Source: Rickettsiales bacterium (GTDB lineage: Bacteria > Pseudomonadota > Alphaproteobacteria > Rickettsiales > JABSSG01). Taken from it: 64,000 nucleotides of DNA. Each line of letters begins with the position of its first letter. The stretch's first letter is position 1. Below are positions 19,123 to 29,244 of the stretch, piece by piece. The translations under genes and the position numbers were made by a program. The stretch lies in NCBI GenBank assembly GCA_020049805.1, contig JAGVLN010000029.1, positions 6,407 to 70,406 on the forward strand, given 5' to 3'. Under the pieces are notes generated by a model. That model saw only the letters and a program-made list of their open reading frames with translations. It was not told the DNA's origin and did no database searches.

Positions 19123-20415
19123 TTATTTATTTAACTGGCTCATAGGATAGATGCTAAATAAATTAGGTGCTAGCAAATTTAAATTTTTATTTTGTTGTTC
19201 TTCTGCTTTTTTCAATTCAGTATAATATTTATCTTTACAGCTTGACTGCGTAGAAGCAAGAGGGTGCTTAATATTGAAAAATGTTTGGTATTCTTCTCTA
19301 TTATTAGTTTCTTTAAATATTATATTATTTGCCAAAGTATATTCTCCATATTCTGGATTATATTGTGTGTGGAACCTGGTAACATATATTGCAGAAAAAG
19401 GGGCTACTAACCCAACTTTACCTGCTTCTGGTAAATGATACCAGAACACTCCCAGTTTTTGCAGGTCAGAAATTGAAATAGGAGACGACGTACATGGTTT
19501 GCAAGCATTTATTGGCCATGCATATTCTTTACGAATAATATCGGGATGGGCTGCAAAAATTTTATGAACAAATTTGTTATAAAAATTATCAAACTGACCA
19601 ACTACTGAAATAGGTAGGTCGACATCACCAGGCATATTTTTAACTTTATAATTTTCTGGTGATACTTCTCCCTCATTTGATAAAATAAATAATAGCATGT
19701 CTTGATTACGGCCAGTTGGCGAGTTCAAAGTACCAATTTTTATTGGTATAGAGAAATGCTCGCTTTCGTATTCTATTTGTATAGGAGCTAATTGGGAAAC
19801 GTTGTCATCATGATTTCTAACTTCTACTACAATAAATTTCATATTATCTTTAATATATTGTTTAATAACATGTTCGTATTGTGTTGGTAGGGGGTAGCCA
19901 TATTTTTGAAGCCACACATCAATTCCAGTACTTTCTTTTGAAGTAAGAATAATAAAGTTATGATCGGTAGTAGTAGGAAGAGTTTTAGAGGTTAACCCGA
20001 TAGCTTTATCCATGTCAATTGTAGTGTAACTTTGGTTTGTAACAATAGGTGGTCTTTGTAATGTTTTAGGATTACAAGGGTCGTAGTTGATGTACTCAAT
20101 TAGTCTTGGCGAAGTATAAGTTTCTAAATTGTTGATAAGTGTATAGTCGACAGTATGGATTTGAGTGTTTTTTATATTTGATGGTACAGGCACTAGTAAG
20201 ATAAAATTTTTAACATGTGTTTGAAAGTCACTAGTGAATGTTAGGATAGTCTTTTGACCTTGTCGCGCTACTACTACTCTCGAGTTATGAGTAGTAATCT
20301 TACTTCCATTATCGCTTAAAAATACTCCAACAAAACTATATGCTGGTATTGTATTAATCAAAATTATTATAATTATCTGAAGGAGAATTTTTAACATGTT
20401 TGTATGTATTTTCAT
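19123..20415 (-). CDS. secreted DUF2330-like protein
   Basis: Signal-peptide-like N-terminus from MKIHTNMLKILLQIIIIILINTIPAYSF. An AAGGA RBS lies 9-10 nt upstream of the ATG at 20415. The overall family assignment is from memory. Confidence 0.5.
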   Translation of the reverse strand: MKIHTNMLKILLQIIIIILINTIPAYSFVGVFLSDNGSKITTHNSRVVVARQGQKTILTFTSDFQTHVKNFILLVPVPSNIKNTQIHTVDYTLINNLETYTSPRLIEYINYDPCNPKTLQRPPIVTNQSYTTIDMDKAIGLTSKTLPTTTDHNFIILTSKESTGIDVWLQKYGYPLPTQYEHVIKQYIKDNMKFIVVEVRNHDDNVSQLAPIQIEYESEHFSIPIKIGTLNSPTGRNQDMLLFILSNEGEVSPENYKVKNMPGDVDLPISVVGQFDNFYNKFVHKIFAAHPDIIRKEYAWPINACKPCTSSPISISDLQKLGVFWYHLPEAGKVGLVAPFSAIYVTRFHTQYNPEYGEYTLANNIIFKETNNREEYQTFFNIKHPLASTQSSCKDKYYTELKKAEEQQNKNLNLLAPNLFSIYPMSQLNK

Positions 20416-20571
20416 AATATTAGTCCTTAATCTAATTATATAGAACAATTGGAATAATTATTACAATTTTAATTGTATTTTAATTAGAATTAGAAGTCAA
20501 GAATTCCTTAGGGTTGATTAGTTCAAAATACATAATAATAAGGAATTGGATGTTAATATTTTAAAATAAAA

Positions 20572-20602
20572 ATAGTTGCGAGATATAGTCTCTCGCAACT
20601 AT
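20572..20602 (-). terminator. rho-independent terminator of the ferritin-like gene
   Basis: Perfect 11-12 bp stem (tagttgcgaga / tctcgcaacta) with a 7-nt loop. On the minus strand it is followed by TTTTTATTTT. Confidence 0.7.
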
Positions 20603-20609
20603 AAAAATA

Positions 20610-21056
20610 TTATTTATTTACAATGGACTCTATCCATGCTTTATGTTTTTTTTCATCTTCCCAGAAACTTTTTAATAATTGTACTGCATCATCGAATTTA
20701 TCTGGATGATTGTTAATCCGTTCATAAGCGGTATTAGTGTCTTTTTCTGCGCCATAAAGGCCTTTAAGTACACTCTCATCTCCTATCAATTTTCGAATAG
20801 CAATATTTGAGATCGCCAAAACTTGCCCTCCACTTGGACCTACAGCTGGGTCTTTTCCATGGTCTTTAATTAAAGTAGTAAGTTTATCAACATGTTTTTG
20901 ATGATCGCTCTTAAATTCTCGTAATTTGTCAGCGTATTTCTCATTTTCTAAACGATTAATTGCAGCTTCATATATTTCTAAAGCTTCATATTCTAATTCT
21001 AATAGATCGTTAAGAGCATTTAAGAAGTCGGATTGTGTGCCTACGAATGTAACCAT
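20610..21056 (-). CDS. ferritin-like four-helix-bundle protein (DUF2383/PA2169-like)
   Basis: The helical repeats LELEYEALEIYEAAI and HQKHVDKL are typical of the family. A strong AAGGAGG RBS precedes the ATG at 21056. Confidence 0.6.
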   Translation of the reverse strand: MVTFVGTQSDFLNALNDLLELEYEALEIYEAAINRLENEKYADKLREFKSDHQKHVDKLTTLIKDHGKDPAVGPSGGQVLAISNIAIRKLIGDESVLKGLYGAEKDTNTAYERINNHPDKFDDAVQLLKSFWEDEKKHKAWIESIVNK

Positions 21057-21382
21057 ATTAACCTCCTTAATTTTTGATAAGTAATTAATAATGTGTTGCC
21101 ACAAGTTTTAGTATGTTTCAATTTTTATAAGAATTCAATATACATTTTTAAATTTCTATAATAAACATTTATATAGATTAATGTGAATAATTATTATTTA
21201 TGCTCTGCAAATAAGTGTATAACAGATAAATGAAGGCATTTAGTTATAGAGAATAAATTAATATATTTTATTATTCTGTTACAAAATTTTAATAGCTTAC
21301 TTAATTATATTAATAAACTTGCTAATATATGGAACCATTACATGGATAAATTCCTAATTAGATTTGAAAATTTTAGATAGCA

Positions 21383-22648
21383 TTATATTTCCTTTAATAG
21401 GCTGATCAATAAGTCTACTTGCTCTGAGGTATGTTCAGCACAAATAGCAATTCTTAGGCGAGAAGTATTAGGGGGCACAGTTGGTGGCCTAATGGCTGAA
21501 ACTATAATTCCATGGTTCGCTAAATAACTCTTATATTTTAACGTTTCTTCTTCCTTACCGATTATTATAGGGATAATATTTGAAGGATAGCTGTTGGTTT
21601 CAAAGCCAAGTTGTTGAATTTTTTGACGTATTGCTGCAGATTGATCAAATATTTTTTTTCTGGTTTGATCCAAATTAGGTATTAAATTCCACGCAGCTTT
21701 CATTGCCCCAATGATCATTGGAGGTAGGGCGGTAGAATAAATAAATCCAGGACAACAATTAATTAAATATTCTTTTAATTCTTTGCTGCAAGCAATATAG
21801 CAACCAAAACTACCTAATGCTTTACTAAAAGTTCCCATAGTTAGATCGACTATATCAGCAAAATCGCAACTTAAACCATAACCTTCTTTACCATATAAAC
21901 CAGTTGCATGAGCCTCATCTAGATATAGAAAAGCGTTATGTTTTTTAGCTAATAAAGTTATAGCTTGCATATCGACTAGATCACCATCCATACCGAAAAC
22001 TGTTTCTGAGATTATAAATTTTGGTTGATTTGAATCTTTGTATTGTTCTAGTAACTCTTCTAAATGATTCATATCCAGATGTCGATAACGTAATTGTTTT
22101 ACTTGCGCTAAAAAGCACCCTTGGTGAATACTAGAATGATTTAACCGATCAGTGAAAACTAAAGGTTCATTTTTTAAAATTTGTTTATTTAATAAAGTAG
22201 CTATTATTGAAGAGTTAGCTTGATATCCTGAATTAAAAATTAAAGCAGTTTTAGTATTTTTTTTAAGAGCAATTTCTTGTTCAAGGTCCTCATATATTGG
22301 TAAATTACCAGATAAAAGCCTAGAACCAGTGCTACCACTACCATAGGTTTGGCAATATTTCATGCTATTAGCAATAATTTGTGAATTTTTACTTAAACCA
22401 AGATAATCGTTGCTTGAGAAATCAGCGATAACATCAGATTTTGCTTTAGGTAGCGATCGCCACAAATTTTGTGCTTTTAACTTTAGACAATGTTCTGTGT
22501 AGTACGTAAAGTTATGAATAGTCACACCATTTTTACATAAATTTAATAATAGGAATATAATTATGCTCAAGAACTTAAGCAAGAAGAAAATGATATAATC
22601 CTGATTTCTAAGCCAGCTAATTCTATAGAGTTTATTGAAACATAGCAT
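21383..22648 (-). CDS. bioF: alpha-oxoamine synthase family PLP enzyme (8-amino-7-oxononanoate synthase-like)
   Basis: FSSNDYLGL, DEAHATG and GTFSKALGSFG (PLP lysine) motifs. It has a ~40-aa hydrophobic N-terminal extension, and an alternative GTG start exists near aa 42. Confidence 0.75.
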   Translation of the reverse strand: MLCFNKLYRISWLRNQDYIIFFLLKFLSIIIFLLLNLCKNGVTIHNFTYYTEHCLKLKAQNLWRSLPKAKSDVIADFSSNDYLGLSKNSQIIANSMKYCQTYGSGSTGSRLLSGNLPIYEDLEQEIALKKNTKTALIFNSGYQANSSIIATLLNKQILKNEPLVFTDRLNHSSIHQGCFLAQVKQLRYRHLDMNHLEELLEQYKDSNQPKFIISETVFGMDGDLVDMQAITLLAKKHNAFLYLDEAHATGLYGKEGYGLSCDFADIVDLTMGTFSKALGSFGCYIACSKELKEYLINCCPGFIYSTALPPMIIGAMKAAWNLIPNLDQTRKKIFDQSAAIRQKIQQLGFETNSYPSNIIPIIIGKEEETLKYKSYLANHGIIVSAIRPPTVPPNTSRLRIAICAEHTSEQVDLLISLLKEI

Positions 22649-22729
22649 TACCTAGAATATTAATGCCAAAATCAAGTTCCAGTTAAAAATGTAGAATCAT
22701 TTAAAAATTAGGGCTTGCAGCAATATAAA

Positions 22730-23203
22730 TTAAGCAAAATTAACTTCTAAAATTTGATACTCTCTAATACCGGCTGGGGTATTTACTTCAACAATATCAT
22801 CAAGTTTTTTACCAATCATTGCGCGTGCAATAGGCGATACAATAGAAACTAAGCCTTTATCTAGATCTGCTTCGTATTCTCCTACTATAGTGTAAGTATG
22901 TTCCTTATCAGTATCACAATCTACAAGCTTAACTTTAGCTCCGAATTTCACGATATTTCCTGATAATTTAGCAGGATCAATAATTTCGGCTCTTGCTATT
23001 TTATCTTCTAATTCAATAATCCTCCCCTCAATAAAGCTTTGCTTTTCACGAGCTGAATGGTATTCGGCATTTTCTGACAGATCTCCAAGATCTCTAGCTT
23101 CTGAAATAGCTTTAATTATTGCAGGTCTTTCTACGAGTTTTAAATGTTTAAGCTCTTCAGACATTTTTTCAAAGCCGTTAGTGGTTATAGGAAATTTTTG
23201 CAT
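22730..23203 (-). CDS. greA: transcription elongation factor GreA
   Basis: 157 aa; the DLSENAEYHSAREKQSFIEGRI coiled-coil tip motif. Confidence 0.95.
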   Translation of the reverse strand: MQKFPITTNGFEKMSEELKHLKLVERPAIIKAISEARDLGDLSENAEYHSAREKQSFIEGRIIELEDKIARAEIIDPAKLSGNIVKFGAKVKLVDCDTDKEHTYTIVGEYEADLDKGLVSIVSPIARAMIGKKLDDIVEVNTPAGIREYQILEVNFA

Positions 23204-23358
23204 AATTCTTCCTTTGCTTTATATTATTTATTCTATAAAATTCATGAATACACTTATCCTTCAAGTGCAAATAGAATAAATAAGGATTAAGAATGAGTTG
23301 TTATTATATATACTATTATTATATAATAATAAAATTTTCAACAATAGTTCGATAATTT

Positions 23359-25170
23359 ATGTATTTTTCTTCTGATTTTATTGATGTACTCCGCGAGCAG
23401 ATTAGGGTATCAGACGTTGTTGGTCAAAAAGTGAAACTACAGCAACGCGGAAAGGAATATTATGGGTTGTGTCCATTTCATCAGGAACATACTCCTTCTT
23501 TTACAGTAAATAATGACAAGAAATTCTACCATTGTTTTGGTTGTGGGGCTCATGGAGATATAGTGAAATTTACTATGGAGACAAAAGGGTTAGATTTTGT
23601 TGAAGCTGTAAAAATATTAGCTCAAGAGCACGGAATTGCTCTGCCAGCTAAACAGAGTGCTAAAGAAATTGATACAGCACAGAAATTATCTACTCTTTAT
23701 CAAGTGACAGCATGTGCAGCTAAATGGTTTAATGAAAAACTGTTTTCTACTCAAGGCTTACAGGCATTAAGATATATAAATAACCGGGGCATTTTTGAAG
23801 ATGCAATAAAAAAATTTAATATAGGTTTTTCTCCTGATACTCCAGATGCACTTTATAAATTTCTCCTAAGCCAATCTATTACTTTAGAACAAATGTTAGA
23901 AGTAGGTTTAGTGATTGAATCAAAAGGCCAAGTCTTTGATCGTTTTCGTAATCGGGTAATTTTTCCTATTTATGATAATAAAAGTAGAATTATAGGGTTT
24001 GGTGGTAGATTGCTTGGAGAAAGTGCTACATCTCCTAAGTATTTAAACTCTCCTGAAACATTACTGTTTAAGAAAGGTCATAATTTTTATGCTGAAAATA
24101 TTGCTTTAGTATCAGGACAAAAAGATAATCCTGTGGTAATAGTAGAAGGATACATGGATGTAATAGCCTTAAATATTGTAGGCATTGATAATGTTGTGGC
24201 AACATTAGGTACAGCTATTACAGAGGAACATATACGTAAAGTTTGGCGTTATTGCCCTAATCCGATTGTTTGTATGGATGGAGATAAAGCTGGTATAAGA
24301 GCTATGGAGCGTTCTGCTAAGTTAGCATTAGCTTTACTTAAACCAGGTCATTCTTTACAATTTGTGAAATTGCCTAATGGCAATGATCCAGATGATACTA
24401 TTAAAAATTTTGGTAAAAGTTATTTGCAAGATTTACTTAAAAGGCCAATTTCATTATCTGAAATTTTGTGGGAAATAGAATTAGATAAAATTGATGCTAC
24501 TACGCCAGAGCAAAAAGCTCTATTACAAAAAAATTTAATGGATCTGGCAGAACAAATTGCTCATCCTACTGTAAAACAATTTTATAGAAAATTTTTTAAT
24601 GATAAATTATGGAAACAATTTAATTCTTATGGGATAAGCAGAAGGATACCAGTTAATAAGCCTATTAACGAACGTTATTTAATAAATGTGAGGAATCTAT
24701 CTTCTATACAAAAATGCGAATTAGCTTTAATAGCTCTAATTATCGAGTATCCTATTCTGTTAAAAGATAGTAGAATATTTGATAGTTTCATTATGATTGA
24801 TTCCAAAATAGATTTTGCTTCAGAGATCTATAGGACAGTAGAGGAAGTCTTTAATAGCGTAAATATGATAGAAGGTACAAAGGAATTATCAAATGAATTT
24901 AAAAAGCTGATTAATGATAAAATTTCTCCGACACAGTTAAATTTTTTATGTGGTGATAATTCTTATTTTATTGATAAAATTAGTATAAAAGAGGACAATG
25001 ATATATTGCGTTTATGGGAAGAAGCATTTAATAGTTATAATTTAGAACTGTTGAAAGAAGAATATAAAAAGGCAATGCAAGGGTTGGATGATAAATCTAT
25101 GCAATTAGCTTTAACATTACAAAATGAAATTATGAAACTAGAGCAACAAATTAAAGTAAAATCAGAGTAA
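23359..25170 (+). CDS. dnaG: DNA primase
   Basis: Zinc ribbon CPFHQEHTPSF..HCFGCGAHGD and TOPRIM EGYMDV..DGDKAG. Confidence 0.95.
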   Translation: MYFSSDFIDVLREQIRVSDVVGQKVKLQQRGKEYYGLCPFHQEHTPSFTVNNDKKFYHCFGCGAHGDIVKFTMETKGLDFVEAVKILAQEHGIALPAKQSAKEIDTAQKLSTLYQVTACAAKWFNEKLFSTQGLQALRYINNRGIFEDAIKKFNIGFSPDTPDALYKFLLSQSITLEQMLEVGLVIESKGQVFDRFRNRVIFPIYDNKSRIIGFGGRLLGESATSPKYLNSPETLLFKKGHNFYAENIALVSGQKDNPVVIVEGYMDVIALNIVGIDNVVATLGTAITEEHIRKVWRYCPNPIVCMDGDKAGIRAMERSAKLALALLKPGHSLQFVKLPNGNDPDDTIKNFGKSYLQDLLKRPISLSEILWEIELDKIDATTPEQKALLQKNLMDLAEQIAHPTVKQFYRKFFNDKLWKQFNSYGISRRIPVNKPINERYLINVRNLSSIQKCELALIALIIEYPILLKDSRIFDSFIMIDSKIDFASEIYRTVEEVFNSVNMIEGTKELSNEFKKLINDKISPTQLNFLCGDNSYFIDKISIKEDNDILRLWEEAFNSYNLELLKEEYKKAMQGLDDKSMQLALTLQNEIMKLEQQIKVKSE

Positions 25171-25173
25171 AAT

Positions 25174-27126
25174 ATGAGCTTGGAACAGAAAAAAACAAAC
25201 AAAAAAACGTTAAAAAATACTGAAGTAAAGGCTGAGAATGCTAGTAATGATATAGGTTCTTCAGTTAAAAAGCTAATTTCAATGGGGAAAAATAAAGGAT
25301 TTTTAACTTTTGATGATGTTAACAAAGCTTTGCCTTCTGACCTATTTACACCTGATGTTATTGATAATGCATTAAGTTCAGTTTCTGAAGCAGGAATTAA
25401 TGTAGTTGAAAGTGATACGCCAGTTAAAGAAGAAGAATTTGATTTAGCTATCGATGATGAATTTGACGTTAGTGGAGAATTTGAGCCAGAAACTGTTGAA
25501 GATACAATGATAGGTACAACTGATGATCCAGTTCGTCAGTATTTAAAAGACATGGGTGGAGTAAGATTATTATCAAGAGAAGATGAGATTTCAATTGCAA
25601 AAAGAATTGAAGAAGGTCGCAATTCTATGATTGCTTCATTGTGTGAAACTCCTTTAGCCATGAAGAAGTTTATTTCTTGGTATGAGGATTTAGTTAATGA
25701 AAAGATCTTATTACGGGATGTTATCGATTTAGAAGAAACATTTTGTGAGGGTAATTTAAGTAGCGTAGCGACTTCACAAGATAATGTGGAAGGAGATGAA
25801 AAAAGCGAAGATTCAGAAGAAGAATTTCAAGAAGGGGAAGGTGAAGAAGCTTTTGAAGAAGACGAAGAAGAGCATAATGTTTCATTATTAGCTATGGAAG
25901 CAAGCTTAATGCCCAAAATGCTTGATAGTTTTGGTGAAATAGCAAAGATATGTGAAAAATTATTAGAAATCTTCAGTACTAATCAAACTAAAAGTAATCC
26001 TACTTATAAAAAGTTATCTACTAAACTTGCCGAGTATATTAAAGAGTTACATATTAATGATAAATCAATTGAATTTTTAATAGACAACCTCTATGGCTAC
26101 AATAAGCGGATAGTAAATTTAGAATTAAAATTGCTTAAATTGGCTGAACAAAATGGTATTAGCAGACCAAGTTTTCTTCAGCATTTTAGTGGAGAAAGCT
26201 TAACTGAAACTTGGTTTAAAAGAGCTGCTAAAATTGATACACAATGGGCAGCTTTTATAAAAAAAGAGCAGGAAGAGGTTCAAAATCTACTAAATGAAAT
26301 GCGAGAAGTAGAGGAAAAAGTTGGTGTTAATATTATTGATTTTAAAAAATTAGTAATGGCTGTTCAAAAAGGCGAGCGTCTAGCACGAAAAGCTAAAAAG
26401 GAAATGATTGAAGCTAACCTTAGATTGGTAATTTCCATAGCTAAAAAATACGCAAATCGTGGATTACAATTTTTAGATTTAATTCAAGAAGGTAATATTG
26501 GCCTAATGAAGGCTGTAGATAAATTCCAATATCGACGTGGTTATAAATTTTCTACCTATGCTACTTGGTGGATAAGGCAAGCGATTACTAGGTCTATTGC
26601 TGATCAAGCGCGTACTATTCGTATACCAGTTCATATGATCGAAACAATTAATAAAATTGTTCGTACTACAAGACAAATGGCTTATGAATTAGGTTACGAA
26701 CCTACTCCTAATGAAATCGCGGAACGTCTATCCATGCCAGTGGAAAAGGTTAGAAAAGTAATGAAAATTGCCAAAGAACCAGTAAGCCTTGAAAGTCCAA
26801 TTGGTGATGAAGATGGTAGTTCACTTGGCGATTTTATTGAAGATAAGAATGCTATGTTGCCTGTAGATGCCGCTATATTATCTAACTTACGTGAAGTGAC
26901 TACTAGAGTCCTAGCTAGTTTAACTCCAAGAGAGGAAAGGGTGCTCAGGATGAGGTTTGGTATAGGTATGAACACAGACCACACGCTTGAAGAAGTGGGA
27001 CAACAATTTTCAGTAACTAGAGAGCGTATTAGACAAATTGAAGCTAAAGCTTTAAGAAAGCTAAAACATCCTAGTAGGTCTAAAAAGCTCAGAAGTTTCT
27101 TAAATAGTAGTGCAAGTAATAACTAG
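25174..27126 (+). CDS. rpoD: RNA polymerase primary sigma factor
   Basis: Acidic region 1, region 2 ([32 protein letters not shown]), region 4.2 ([17 protein letters not shown]). Confidence 0.97.
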   Translation: MSLEQKKTNKKTLKNTEVKAENASNDIGSSVKKLISMGKNKGFLTFDDVNKALPSDLFTPDVIDNALSSVSEAGINVVESDTPVKEEEFDLAIDDEFDVSGEFEPETVEDTMIGTTDDPVRQYLKDMGGVRLLSREDEISIAKRIEEGRNSMIASLCETPLAMKKFISWYEDLVNEKILLRDVIDLEETFCEGNLSSVATSQDNVEGDEKSEDSEEEFQEGEGEEAFEEDEEEHNVSLLAMEASLMPKMLDSFGEIAKICEKLLEIFSTNQTKSNPTYKKLSTKLAEYIKELHINDKSIEFLIDNLYGYNKRIVNLELKLLKLAEQNGISRPSFLQHFSGESLTETWFKRAAKIDTQWAAFIKKEQEEVQNLLNEMREVEEKVGVNIIDFKKLVMAVQKGERLARKAKKEMIEANLRLVISIAKKYANRGLQFLDLIQEGNIGLMKAVDKFQYRRGYKFSTYATWWIRQAITRSIADQARTIRIPVHMIETINKIVRTTRQMAYELGYEPTPNEIAERLSMPVEKVRKVMKIAKEPVSLESPIGDEDGSSLGDFIEDKNAMLPVDAAILSNLREVTTRVLASLTPREERVLRMRFGIGMNTDHTLEEVGQQFSVTRERIRQIEAKALRKLKHPSRSKKLRSFLNSSASNN

Positions 27127-27143
27127 TTAAGCTAGTTTTAGGC

Positions 27144-28895
27144 TTATATAACTGGCACTTCCATTTCAACTGTTTCACCTAAGCAGGGCATATTATTAGC
27201 TGGATCTGAGCATTTTGCTTGGTATAGAGCTAAAGCTGAATCAATATCAGGCATTACATAAGTATTCCAAAAATCCACCATTGGCTGTAAAGCTGAAACT
27301 AAACTTGGTTTTAAACCTGCCGCTACCATTTCTGGTAACCTAACCATTAATTCAACTTGTCTTTGTTGGCTATCAAAATTATTGTAAGTTGAATGGTAGA
27401 TAGAATTTCCACGATTTGCCCAATCTGCTACACGGCTTATAAAATATAAATCATGGCTATCTAGGCCTCTTTGAGAAATAATAGCAGGTAAAAATTTAGC
27501 TTCTATTTGAGTTATCATTTCTTCGAAAGTTAAATTAGGGCATACAGGATTTGCAGCTTCAAAGTAACTTCTTGGATAAGAGTGTGAGTGTTTATTATAA
27601 AGTTGAGTACAAGATATAAAATTATCCAATGAAATGCCTATAGACGATGTTCTAGTTGCATTAGCAATTAAAGAGTTAGTTTCACTAAAAATTGTACCAG
27701 TAATACCAGGCATTAAAATAATTTCTGGGCATTCAAATTTTGCAAACTCTACTATAGGGTCATTACCACCTTTATTACTCATTACATTTTCTATCTCTAA
27801 GAATTGGTTTGTAGCACATCCTAATAATTCTCCAGCCTTGTTTACAAAAGATAGCTCAGCTCTTTTATGATCTAAAAAAGATTTTATTGCTTTTAAGCTA
27901 AATAGTTGCGCAAATGGTTTTAAAATAGAAGTAATTATTTCTTCATTACTATCTTGCGTGGAAACATTATTAAAAGTAAGTTCTCTTAATTCTCCAATAT
28001 TAAATGGTAAAGCTCCAGATTTATAAATTTGATTAAAGAAGTAATGCGATAATTCGTGAATAAATATAAGTCCTAAGATGTTAAACTCACTATGATTGTC
28101 AGTATTAACTTTGATAATGTTCTTAGAAAGAACAAATGATGAAGTAACACCAGGCTCAAAAATAATTCGTATATTACTACTACCATCAAGTATAGTTGTT
28201 GCACAATATTGCATCACTTTAGTGATGATGGAATCATTTGTAGCAACTAAATTGTGATAAATTTTTCTAACCTCGTCTTGGCTTAAGGTCTCTGAATAAG
28301 TCCTGGTCAAAAGTGCTTCAATAACTATTGAGTTATTTGCTGATATCTCAGCTGATAAAGGTGACTTTTCTTCTAGTTTGTAATGTTCTAGTTCTAAACC
28401 TTTATATGCCTCATCATTTAGATCGATGTTATTTTTTGTAATTAATTCTTCGAATTCAGCTTTTGTAAAAAACGATGAAATAATTTGTAAATCACTAGCT
28501 TTAAATGTTTTCATGCTAGTAACAATAAGTTTACATGCATTTTTATGAAACTCTTTTAGTTCATCATAAAGTATAATCTTACCACCTATGTCCAGGTGGT
28601 AGCTAGCGGAGCGCTTGTAAATTCTAGTTAAAAATTCAGATTTTTCTTCTTCTGATAAATATTTGGTTGCTATTTCAACGGCCTTAAGATCCACTCGATC
28701 TATGCATTCATCAGCATAAGTAGTATAGGATTGGTCTTGAAAGGAGATTTTAATAAGGGCCTCAAAGGATTCATAATCTTTATTATCAAGAGCTTTGTTA
28801 GCTAATTGTGGTATCACAGGAGACAATATCTTTAATACCTCTGGAGGCATTGATGAAAAGTCTAATTTAGCTGTTGAAAGAAACGTAATTATCAT
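27144..28895 (-). CDS. hypothetical 583-aa protein with HEXXH zincin motif
   Basis: The single long ORF carries IFIHELSHYFF (H280-E-L-S-H284, nt 28044-28058). No signal peptide is obvious and I recognised no family. Confidence 0.5.
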   Translation of the reverse strand: MIITFLSTAKLDFSSMPPEVLKILSPVIPQLANKALDNKDYESFEALIKISFQDQSYTTYADECIDRVDLKAVEIATKYLSEEEKSEFLTRIYKRSASYHLDIGGKIILYDELKEFHKNACKLIVTSMKTFKASDLQIISSFFTKAEFEELITKNNIDLNDEAYKGLELEHYKLEEKSPLSAEISANNSIVIEALLTRTYSETLSQDEVRKIYHNLVATNDSIITKVMQYCATTILDGSSNIRIIFEPGVTSSFVLSKNIIKVNTDNHSEFNILGLIFIHELSHYFFNQIYKSGALPFNIGELRELTFNNVSTQDSNEEIITSILKPFAQLFSLKAIKSFLDHKRAELSFVNKAGELLGCATNQFLEIENVMSNKGGNDPIVEFAKFECPEIILMPGITGTIFSETNSLIANATRTSSIGISLDNFISCTQLYNKHSHSYPRSYFEAANPVCPNLTFEEMITQIEAKFLPAIISQRGLDSHDLYFISRVADWANRGNSIYHSTYNNFDSQQRQVELMVRLPEMVAAGLKPSLVSALQPMVDFWNTYVMPDIDSALALYQAKCSDPANNMPCLGETVEMEVPVI

Positions 28896-29063
28896 ACCTA
28901 ATACTCCTAATAATTAATATTTTTTAACATTATATGAATATTTTGCCATAAAGTCAATATTTAATAATTTATAATTGAAACTATTGGTCGCAAACTTGCA
29001 TTTCTACTTCAATCTAAAGTGGAAGTGCATTTATTTTCTTATAACAAAAAGAGAAGGAGAATA

Positions 29064-29140
29064 TGGTGCGTCCTAAGGGATTCGAACCCCTGACCCACAG
29101 ATTAGAAATCTGTTGCTCTATCCTACTGAGCTAAGGACGC
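29064..29140 (-). tRNA. tRNA-Arg (UCU)
   Basis: The reverse complement gcgtccttagctcagtaggatagagcaacagatttctaatctgtgggtcaggggttcgaatcccttaggacgcacca folds as a cloverleaf. The anticodon loop is ttTCTaa, and the T loop ggttcgaatcc and CCA are encoded. Confidence 0.92.
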
Positions 29141-29244
29141 ATATGCTAAGAAAAATAAAATAATCTTTATAATAATACAAGATTTATTTGACTTAGAACT
29201 CTATAATCCCTAACTTCTTACTATAAATTTTTAAATTTTGCAGC

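Noticed and set aside
25035-25325. 96-aa minus ORF across the dnaG/rpoD junction
   Set aside because: It is antisense to two well-supported genes.
26694-26984. 96-aa minus ORF
   Set aside because: It is antisense inside rpoD.
27634-27870. 78-aa + ORF
   Set aside because: It is antisense inside the 583-aa HEXXH ORF.
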